Positions 53,871 through 64,000 of a DNA stretch of 64,000 nt are shown here, piece after piece. The notes below the pieces were generated by a model. It was not told where the DNA came from. It worked only from the letters and a program-made list of their open reading frames with translations, and made no database searches. Source of the stretch: the human T2T-CHM13v2.0 reference genome, Homo sapiens; the NCBI RefSeq assembly GCF_009914755.1, contig NC_060926.1. The stretch is one strand, 5' to 3'. A program made the position numbers and the translations under genes. Every line of letters begins with the position of its first letter. The first letter of the stretch is position 1.

Positions 53871-55776
53871 CCTTCTTTTCCTGGATTCAAGGGGGCGGGG
53901 GAGGGAATGATGTTTGTATGGTTAAAAATACAAATTTATTCAAACTTGTCTATGTTCCTGCTAGGTCTCTTGAGTGTGTCATTGGGATATAAGATGAATC
54001 CTTTCTCTGCCATAACAGTTGAGGCTATAGCCCTTATTGAGTACCTCAAATGGACCAAGGCTTTATTCTAAAGTGCTTTATACATCTAATTGTTGTCACC
54101 TTCCCACTCACTCTGAGACATATGCACTACTATCATTCCCATTTTACAGTTGCAGACATTGAGTGATGTTGAGGCTAAGTTACTTGCCCAAGGTCTGTTG
54201 GCTTTATTACTTCCCCCTGATGATGTCCTCACCTCTCCAGTCCTTCTGCCGCTACCTCAGTCCAGGCCACCCTCATCTTTCACCCAAGCTCTCTGCTGTC
54301 CTCATGATGGGCTTTTCTGCTTCTAGACTTCTCTGATAAGCAGGGTCAGAATAGAAAGGCGGGCAGCTAGGCTGGGGGTGCTGATGAGGACTGGGGCCAA
54401 GAAAGTCCAGGCCCAACCACGGGGCTACAGTGTGGGAAACTGGAGGTGGTGGGGGAAGCAGGAGAACAAACAGTGAATGTTTCTCAGTCAGGTATTAGGC
54501 CTGTGGGAGGAGACACGGGCCCAAGACTGATGGCCCACGAGGAGCAGGCAGACACCAGGCAAGGCAGAGGCCCCGAGGCATCGGCACAGCCAGGGCAGGA
54601 GGTAGGTGGGGAGGCAGGGGCTGTGGGGCAGCATGTCACTGTGGCACTGCCTTCAGGCTGAGTTCAAACCGCAGCTCTGCCTCTCACCAGCTGTGGACAC
54701 TTGGGCACATCTCTTAGGCTCAGTTTCTCCACCTTAGACTCCATTTGAGGTTGATGTTAGCTTCGTGAAATAGAACACCTAATTATGGCGACTTAAATGA
54801 GACGAGTTTAGCTTTCTCAAGCAATGAGAAATCCAGACGTTTAGCTTGGTAGCTCCAGCCATCAGAGCCCAGGAACCTGTGTCCTTCTTTCATGGTTCCA
54901 GGGACAGTCATCATAAGCCCATCCCAGAAATGAGGAGGGAGAAATGGCAACAAGAGTATGCTAGCTGAGTCCTTCCCACTGCCATAAAGATGGTTTCCTA
55001 AAAGCCCTACCCAGTGGTTTCTACTTATGACCCATTGGCCCAAACTATATCACATGGCCATCTAGCCATAAAGACCCCGGGAAATGTAATTCTGTGGCAA
55101 AGAACACTGTCGCCCCCAATGAAATTAGACTTGATGTTAACCAAAAGGCAGAGAAGCAATTCCAACAAGATAAGGAGTCTACTCGAGCGGAAGAAGGAGA
55201 GAGGTGACGTGAAATCAGCAACCAGAAGTCTCTGTCTGCCACAGGGGTAAATGATGTCACTTCCTTTATCTGTGAGGTTGATGTGAGGAGGAAATCAAGA
55301 CATATTGGTGTAAAGCACCTAACAGGTACTCGTTCAGCAAATGGCAACAGGTATTCTTGAGTTTGAGGAACTTTTCTAATGATCCCTCGAAGGCCCATCC
55401 CCAGAGAAAAGGCTTCATAAGTGCTTGCAGCATTGACTTGTCTAAGCCCCACCCAAAGAGAGACCCATCTGTACAGGCCGATGGGACACAGCCTGGAGCC
55501 TTTGTAAAGCCCTGCCTTGGAGGAAGCTGATGCTCTTTACTTGCTATCTTGACTCAGCGGGTGGAGGATGAGGCTCTGGGCCCTGTGCCTAAATATCATA
55601 AGGAGCTGGGAGTTAGTGCAGACACTGCTGATTATCTGCCCCAATCTATCCCTCTCTTCTTCCTCTTCTACAAGCTCTGCTTTTGGCCCCAATTTCAGGT
55701 GTCCCCCCTCCTCCTTCAGCCACAAGGGGAGCCAGGCCTGACTGATCTGATCATCATGCTTGTGGTAATTAGGTCA

Positions 55777-56073
<297 letters not shown>

Positions 56074-56534
56074 GATTGAAAATAATAATAATAATGAAGT
56101 CAGACCAGGTGCTGTAATAGTGAGACCCCCAAAACCCAGTAGCATCAGTCTTATCTCTTCTGTTTGGTCCAAAAGCAATTGGCTTTTCCAACACTGTGAA
56201 TAAGCCTTCAATACCTGGTATCTCCATCTCTCTTTCCACCTCTATTTCCAAATCGATAGCTCTTACTTGATCTCATCTCTTTCCTTAAGGCATAAAAAAA
56301 GTATATTTCTTTCTCCCTTTCTCCCTGGGTGAGAGTTCTAGATTGGTGGGAGGCTCTGTTCCATGCAGCCATTCAGGCACCCAGGCCCTTTCTACCCTGT
56401 GGCTGTGTTCTCCCCTAACCCCTAAGATCTGCATGAGTGAGGCTGGTCACCAACATGTGTGAGTTCCAGCCAGTGGGAAAAGAGAAGAGAGAACAAGTAG
56501 GAGAGTCACTTACCGTCTTAAAAACTCCGTCCCA

Positions 56535-56853
<319 letters not shown>

Positions 56854-57059
56854 ACCTCCATCCCCAAAGCAGCATTCATAGCTTCCTTTGGCAACAATGC
56901 ACATCCACACTAATTACAAAGAGGCCTGGGAAATGCAGTCCCTGCTAGATGGTCACACGTGTAGCTAAGACTTTACTGTAGAAGAGAGAAGAATGGGTTT
57001 TGGTGGCAAGCTGGCAGTCTCTGCCACAGTGGTGGCCTCTTTTCTGTTGCCAGCAATTT

Positions 57060-57455
57060 CGGCATGGCATGTGACACAATCGTAGCCAATGAAACATGAG
57101 GGGATTTTTCATGAGAAGTTTATGGGAAAGTCTTTCTCACAGTAAGAGATGCCGGAAGAGACGGTTTCTTCTCCCCTTGGACAGTATCATGTCAGAATGT
57201 GATATCTGGAATTAGGCATCTGTTTTGTGATCATGATGGGAACAGGCTGTGGTTAAGGCAGATGCTCTAAAGCTGGTAGTGTAGTTAGATGCAAGAGCCC
57301 AGGTTCTTGCTGATACCACTGCATCTAAGCTGGCTGCCCCTGGAAGCCACCCTCTGGCTGGACTTTCCATGTGTGACATAGTACATTTCCTTATGATTTA
57401 AGCCAAGGAATGGGGTTTTCTGTTACCTGTAGCCATAAGCCTCCCAGATTTCATG
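57060..57455 (+). mobile_element. ERVL LTR (LTR16-like) fragment
   Basis: tttaagcca...ggggttttctgttacctgtagcc terminal signature. Confidence 0.45.
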
Positions 57456-57523
57456 TGAAGTTGGGCCAGAGCAGAGGCTGTGTGGAAGGGTTCTGTGCGG
57501 CCCCTGGGGGTCTGATTCAACGG

Positions 57524-57921
57524 TGGTATGGTTTGGGTCTGTGTCTCCACCCAAATCTCAAGTCGAACTGTAATCCCTAATGTTGGAGGTGGGGTCCCGT
57601 GAGAGGTGACTGGATCATGGCGTTGTTTCTCATTGATGATTTAGCAGCATCCACTTGGAGCTGTTCTCACGATACAGAGTGAGATCTTGTGAGACCTGGG
57701 TGTTAAAAGTGTGTGGCACCTCCCCCCTCACTCTCTTTCTTGCTCCTGCTCCTGCCACGTGAGATGTGCCTGCTCCCCCTTCACCTTCCACCATGATTGA
57801 GGATACCAGCACCACGCTGCCTGGTCAGCCTGTGGAACCATGAGATGAATATACCTCTTTTCTTTATAAATTACCCAGTCTCAGGGATTTCTTTATAGCA
57901 ATGTGAGAATGGACTAATACA
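57524..57921 (+). mobile_element. MSTA-like MaLR solo LTR
   Basis: tggtatggtttgggtctgtgtctccacccaaatctc ... ctttatagcaatgtgagaatggactaataca. Confidence 0.85.
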
Positions 57922-58689
57922 GAGGGCTTGGTCAATACTCTAAGGTCAAGATAGCTGGGCTCCCTTGGTGTCATTTCGTAGGTTGTCTTGGCTGTGAGGA
58001 AACAGGCTCTCCAGAAACAAAGTCCCTCTTGCGTGTCTTGAGATGCTTTCATATCCATAGCCCACTGTGCAACAGGCAGGTAAATATCACCAAGTGACTC
58101 CATTTTACAAGGAGGAAAGGAAGGCTCAAAGAGGCAATGTGCTGTGGCCAAGTCCATGAACAGGCTAGGGTTGGGACCAGGAACTCAGCCCTGGTTCTCC
58201 TGGACTCCCAGGCCTGTGCTCTTGCTAGTGACACCAGGGCATCCTGTGCTGAAACAATTGGGAAAAGGTGTCATGTGAACCCTATCAATTATAATAAATA
58301 TTTATACAAGGCAGGCAATAGCTGTCCCTTTGGGAAGCTTGCAGTCTAGTGGGAGAGCAGAAACAAGTAAACACGTAAGCAAATATCTATGTTCCCATTG
58401 CAGTAACTGCAAGGAGGGAAAAGGACGGGGGCGGGGTGGAGACTGATGATGGAGGAGATCTAGGAAGGTGACTCTGCGGAAGTGACATTAGAGTGCAGAC
58501 CCCAAGGATGATGAGGCATAAACTGGACAAAGACAGGGAGGTGGAAAAGTGTTCACAGTTCACGGAAGAGCATGTGCGAAGACCCTGAGATGAGAGAGTG
58601 CTGGGCTCATTCTGGTAGCTGCGAGTGTGACCACAGCCACACGAGAAAGAGAGAGGAGGGGCCCGGCCATGGGGGGCAAGGTTGAATTG

Positions 58690-58885
58690 AAATCACAGGC
58701 TTTGGAGCTGGACTGCTTGGGTTCAAATCCTGACTCTGGTTTATCAGCTGTGTGCCCTTAAGCAAAGCATTAACCACTCTGTGCTTCAACTTCTTCCTCC
58801 TTTCCAGTTCCTACCTTATCAGAACTGTGAGGAATGAAGAGATAAGTCATGTTGAAACACCTGGTACATAGTAAGTGCTTTAGCT
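58690..58885 (+). mobile_element. MIR element (representative; similar MIR fragments near 100, 2350, 7000, 11820, 16430, 19130, 45530, 49350, 54130, 58100, 61300)
   Basis: gggttcaaatcctgactctg...agctgtgtgcccttaagcaa...acatagtaagtgct. Confidence 0.65.
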
Positions 58886-61800
58886 GCTTGGATTAGGGGC
58901 CTTCTTAGGACTGTGGTCTTTGTTCCGTGAGAAGTGCAGAATGCATTAGTTAGGACCCTGTTGGCTGCAGGGGACAGCAACTCAACTCACATTGGCTTAA
59001 GCCACAGTTGGCGGATTGATTGGTTCATATGTCCGAAAGATACAGGTTTAGATGTGTCATGGGGCACGCAGCGTTGCCAGCTGGACTTGATCTCTTTGTC
59101 TTCATTTTTAGCTGTGTTTTCTCCTGAGGTGACTCCGTTCTCAGGCCCGCTGTTCCCACATGGTGGCAGCCTGGCCACTTATCTACTATAATCGCCTGCT
59201 TTTCCCCGGGGCCAGTCTCATGGAGGACTCTCACTATCCTGGCTCCCGTCTGGTGGCCATCCCTGAGCCAATCACTGTGGCAGCAGAGGGGTGGTATGGA
59301 GTGGAAAAGAGAAATTGACACTGATTGAGCCAACCTCCAAAGTCACTGCACTGAGGCTGGGAAAGGAAATTGGGGTGTGGTCACCAGCCACACAGGCAAA
59401 CATGGCCATTGCTGAACCAGGAGGCCCCTGGTAGTTTCCAGTTGGGAAAGGGCACGGTCTGATTTTTGTCTTGAGATGATCATGCTGGTTGCTGAACCGA
59501 GAAGAGGTAGGAGGAGAACCACAGTGGAGGTGGGGAGAGGCACTGGGGACCCATGTTGGGAGTCCAGGAGGGAGAACAATGCTGTGGCTGGGCTGGTGGC
59601 AGTGGGGCAGAGATGGACGAGGAGGCACAGGGCGAGAGTGTGGTGACAGGCTGGACGGGGTGGGGACAGGCAGATATTCCAAGGTAAGAGCCAGGGTTTT
59701 GGCTGAACAGCTGAGATGGGGAGACTTGGGAAGTGGCAGGTTGGGAGAGGATGAAGAGGTCAGCTTTGGAGGTGCTGAGTTTGAGGAGCCTTGAGAGTGT
59801 GAAATTCCATTCCTGGGCATTCTTGTCTGGTTTCTATGAAATATGGGAAGAATAAATAAATTGAATAATGCCTGCTTTGCCCAGTAGAAAGCATTAGAAC
59901 TAAACTAGAATAAGGCAGGCCTCCCCCAGCCCCACTCCGGAGAGTTGGGACTGGACCAGTGTGCTGAGCTGTTTTCACGGAATGGGTCCCTCAAACAGCA
60001 TGCATCCAGCCCAGACCCGCCCTTATGAGTCAGGAGACCTCATGAAATCCCTGGGCAGCTAGGTGGTCAGGAACAGTTAGCATGGGACATCCAGGGAATG
60101 TCGGTCAAACTGACAGAGTCCCAGGCCTTGGGAACCACCAGTACAGCTGTGGTAACAAGATGGAAGATGCCGGGGCAGAGAGCCAAAATGCAGGGAGGAA
60201 GAGTGTGGCCCAGGCAGGTGTGTGCTAGTTCATAGGCAAAGGCAGTCAAGACAGGGCTGGTAGAATCTGGGTTGGCTTCTTGGAGACAGAACTGGATGGC
60301 AGCTTCAATATTCCAGCCATGGTTGTGACCTCAGGTGTGGGGTGCCTGTCCAGGTTTGGAGTGACCCCCCACCCCGACCCCAAAGCAATTTCCTCTGAAA
60401 ACTTCCTAAACTAGAGCAAGATGCAGGACACCCCTGTCTCCTAGTCATCCTGAGGACTTCAGGAGAGGGCTCAGGGCCCCAGCCTTCTCCAATCACCCCA
60501 AGGACCAGTGAACTGCTCCCTCCACATTGCCCCTCAACTTGTCCCCACCTCTGGGGCAGTCCTTCCCTAACTCCCCGCCCTGAAGAGGTTTTTTTGCATG
60601 TCCCTCACCTCCAGCCTGTGCTTTCCTCAAAGCAATGAGTGCTACCCATACACAGCATACTGCCACATGGAGGCACTTGGGATGTGCTGGGGACCAAGGA
60701 AATGCACGCCAGGGCAGACAGTCGCCTGGGAAGGCACTTCATGGGTGGCGGGGTGGGGGGGGGCACATGGGGCTTCAGGGCTCGCCTGCTGGCTTCCTTC
60801 TCCAAGTCCCAGGGAAGGGGAGTGTGATAAGACCCTCAGCCCAGCCTCAGTGGGCCTACGCTGGTGAGTGAGCCTGGGAGTCAGCTCCCCATCCATTAGG
60901 CCCGTAGCCCAGGTGGCTAATGCCACGTGGATACTCTGCTCTCAGGCCTCGTATCCACTTAGGCGTTGTTAATATTTTACACGGCACAGCCAGAGGATCG
61001 ATGTCTTGTTTATAGCTCAGGGTTTATAGGCAGTCATCGAAGCTCTCACTGGGAACTGGGAAGATGCTCAGAAGCATCCAGGGAAACAGAGGCAGAGAAG
61101 AGGGTTGGAGGCCAGCCTCAGGACCCCCAAGATGGCCTCCTTTGCATGCTCAGTTCTCTGTCTCATCTGACACGTGCCACCCTGTGAAGCTGGGCACATG
61201 CAGCTCTGAGGGTGCATTGTAGGGGCCACTGGAGCCCCTGCCACGTGCCAGCCTGCATCTCATTCCATCCTTTCAAGCCCCCGGAGAGGCTGGATTATTG
61301 TTCCCATTTTATGGATGAGGAAACTGAGGCTTAGAGGGGTTATGTACCACTACACTTTTACAGGTCACTAATGGAGGCTGAGCCGGCACTACCTGGGCAC
61401 AGGCTGGATCTTGTTCAGCACTTAAGTGTGTAAATTACATTGCAGGAGGCTCTTTAACCTTAAAAGCTCTGCTCCAACAGAGCTGTTTTCTCTGGGGATT
61501 GTTAGCCTCTCTGCTTAGGACTTTTGCCTTTGGTCAGTGGAGAATCACCACATCCCAATTAACTAGAATTAAAAGCTATGCATTTACAGTTCTTTAAAAC
61601 TAACGCCAACGGCTCAGACATTTAACTAGGCATGTGATACAGTGAAGCTGCACTGCGCAGCCCCTCTCCCGGTCATTTCCCACCAGAAACAGGCTGGTGT
61701 CACGGGAAAGTCCCCGCTCCGGACTCCAGCAGGCCTGGCTGTCCCTGTGCCCCTCACGTAATTAGCCCTCTAGCCTAGGTTTCCTCCCCCGTAAAATGGA

Positions 61801-62039
61801 GGAAGAGGAAAGCCCACGGGGGGAGCCCTTTAAGAATCACACGTAAGCTCAAAGGCTTGGCACACGTAGGCGCGCTCCAGGGGGCCCTCGCAGCCACGCG
61901 CCGCGGCTCCCACCCCACCCAGGCAGCGAGCTCTGTGCCTGGGACCAAGCACCGTGTTACGCTCAACATCAGCTGAATGAATGGCCGAGTGAGTGGCAGA
62001 GGCTCCCTAGATGGAAGCTGCAATTGCTCAGGCCGTGAG

Positions 62040-63960
62040 TCCAAACAGGACTCGCGCTTATAGGCGTGGAGCGGAGCTGGATTTCTCCCTTGGCTAACAC
62101 AGCGGGAAGGATGAGGTGCGGGCCGTAGCCGCGCTGCCGCGCTGAGTCCGTCCGGCGGGGATGCCCACAGTGCGCCGCGCCCGCTGGAGGGCAGCAGAGG
62201 GCCAGGCTCCCGGCTCAGGTCTCCGGCCTCGCGGCTCCAAGGACCCCGGGCTCCGCCCGGCCACGCCTCGTCCTCCCCTATTTTCTCCTTCCTTTTCGCG
62301 GCTTTCCCTCCTCTACCAGACCCGGCAGGAAGAAAGCCACCCACAAACGAATAAGCATGCCCTTGCCCTGCCCGTGCGTGGCACTCCGCATCCGCTTAGC
62401 TCTTCCCCGCCGCCCGAAGGCGGGCGTCTCCCCCTCTCTGCGGAGCAGGCGGCGGCGGCTGCGAGTCCGTGACTCGACCAAGGTCACGCAGCAAAGTCAG
62501 CGACCAAGCTCTGTTCCGCAGACGCCAGGGCCAAAGCCCACACTTTCCCTAAAGCCCCGAGTGCACGCGCGTTTCCAGAACGGGAGAACTTTGGAGACCA
62601 ACTTCTGCATTTTCAAAGGGGGCCAGCCTGGGCCCAGTTTAATCTCCGGCGGAGGACCGGGGTTGCGGGAAATGCGCCGGGGAGTGAGGGCTTCCCGGAT
62701 CCCCCGCCGCCGACTCCGCGCGGGCCAGCGGCGCGGGGCGGGCCGGGATCAGCGCCTCCCCGGGAGAGCGCAGCCGCCGCCCCCTCCTCTCGGGCTCCCG
62801 GCCCCTCCCCAGCCCCTCGGCCCCCATCCTGCGCGTGGGAGAAACCGCCGACCGCGCGGCCTCCAGGGGCTGGCGGAGCAGCGGTGGCGACGCGCCAGAC
62901 TCCGTCCTGGGCTGGCCCGTGCCGGGCGGGGCGGGGCCGGCTCCCTCCGCCCTTCCCGGGCAGGCGCGGGGGGGCCGCAGGGACGCCTCCCGGAGTGGCC
63001 GCCGCGCCTAGGCCAATGAGCGCGCGGGGAGCGGCGATGGAGGCTGGGGCGGCCGGGAGCGCCCGGGACCCCCGCCGCCGCGCCGCCGCCGCCGCGCCCC
63101 CGCGCCCCGGCGCCCGCGGGGCTGGAGAGGGGGCGACAGAGGCGCAGCGCCCGCGCCGGGCATGGAGGCGCCGCTGGCCCGCGCTGGCCGTCCGCGCTGC
63201 GTTTCGCGCCGCCGCCGCCGCCGCGCCTCGAAGTTTGCCGGCTGACTCGGAAAGTTGCGCTCGGGCTCGGCCGCCGCGTCCGGTCCCCGCGTCCAGCCTC
63301 CGGCCTGACCCGCTCGCCGCCGCCGCCGCCCTCCACGGGGCCCCGGCCCAGCCAACCCAGCAGCCCCGCCTGCCGGGGGCATGTGAGCCGTCGCCGCCCC
63401 CGAGAGGCCGTGCGGGCTGCAGGGGCCCCGGTGCCTCCGAGGCAGCGCGTGGGCGAGGGGTGCGCCCGGGCCCCAGGGCCCCAGGCAGCCCGGCTTGCCA
63501 TGGGCATCCAGGGCATGGAGCTGTGCGCCATGGCCGTGGTGGTGCTGCTGTTCATCGCCGTCCTCAAGCAGTTCGGCATCCTGGAGCCCATATCCATGGA
63601 AGGTAACGCGTGGCCACTTGCCCCTTCGCCGCCTCCGCCGCAGACCAGTGGTCTGGAGGGAGGGACCAGTACCCGCACGCCGGGGTGCACTGGTCTGGCG
63701 AGGAGCGGCCTGGGCCGCCGCCCCCTCCCGGCTCCGGAGGGTTGGGCCTGGGACTAAGGAGACGTAGTCCCAGGAAGCCCCAGAGGGGACGAAGCCGCAG
63801 CGCTTGGGCTGGGTGTGAGTGAGGCGCCTGGTGACACCTTGAGCGGACAGCTCCTGCCATCCTAGGCCTGCAGTCCGGGCGCCCCTGGTGAGCACACCGG
63901 CTTGGGTCGCCCTGTAGCGGGAGGTGGCGCAGGGTGCAGATGACAGGAAGGACCCTCAGC
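62040..63960. promoter_or_regulatory. CpG island promoter of the KCNIP3 alternative first exon; GC boxes 62924-62937, CCAAT 63013-63017
   Basis: Very high GC and CpG density; GGGCGGGGCGGGGC and GGCCAATGAG motifs. Confidence 0.9.
63500..63602 (+). CDS. KCNIP3: KCNIP3 alternative first exon (KChIP3x-type): MGIQGMELCAMAVVVLLFIAVLKQFGILEPISME, hydrophobic N-terminus similar to the KChIP4a inactivation-suppressor domain
   Basis: gccATGG Kozak, 103 nt to GAAG|gtaacg donor in phase 1 (same phase as exon 2 donor). Confidence 0.94.
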
Positions 63961-64000
63961 CCAGGGCACCTGGCAGCCGGCGGTGGGGAGAGATTTGAGG

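Noticed and set aside
62357-63895. Long Arg/Gly/Ala/Pro ORFs on both strands (220-313 aa)
   Set aside because: Expected in a CpG island; only 63500-63602 matches a known protein

Overview
Human (primate) genomic DNA, recognisable from its spliced peptides as the PROM2-KCNIP3 locus (chr2q11.1, from memory). All genes are on the + strand. About 1.4-7.8 kb holds the last nine coding exons of PROM2 (prominin-2; 258 C-terminal residues ending ...RVTSLKL*), a 3'UTR intron and the terminal exon. About 6 kb downstream, KCNIP3 (calsenilin/DREAM/KChIP3) begins: exon 1a (MQPAK, 13916-13930), exon 2 (26832-26997) and, in a CpG island at about 62-64 kb, the alternative first exon encoding the hydrophobic KChIP3x N-terminus (63500-63602). 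The rest is intronic or intergenic DNA with Alu, MIR, L2, old L1, MaLR/ERVL LTRs, MER33 and simple repeats. Nearly all long ORFs in the supplied track are artefacts of GC-rich or low-complexity sequence. No wholly new system is evident. The best leads are: (1) a KCNIP3 upstream ORF that looks like a long-isoform N-terminus disabled by one TAA; (2) PROM2 exons whose first bases rebuild a splice donor after ligation (recursive-splicing geometry) while also encoding an N-glycosylation sequon; (3) a CA-repeat-flanked cryptic exon candidate in KCNIP3 intron 2; (4) a strong CTCF site and a forkhead/homeodomain motif cluster; (5) template-switch-like inverted-repeat scars. Repeat subfamily calls are by eye and their boundaries are approximate.
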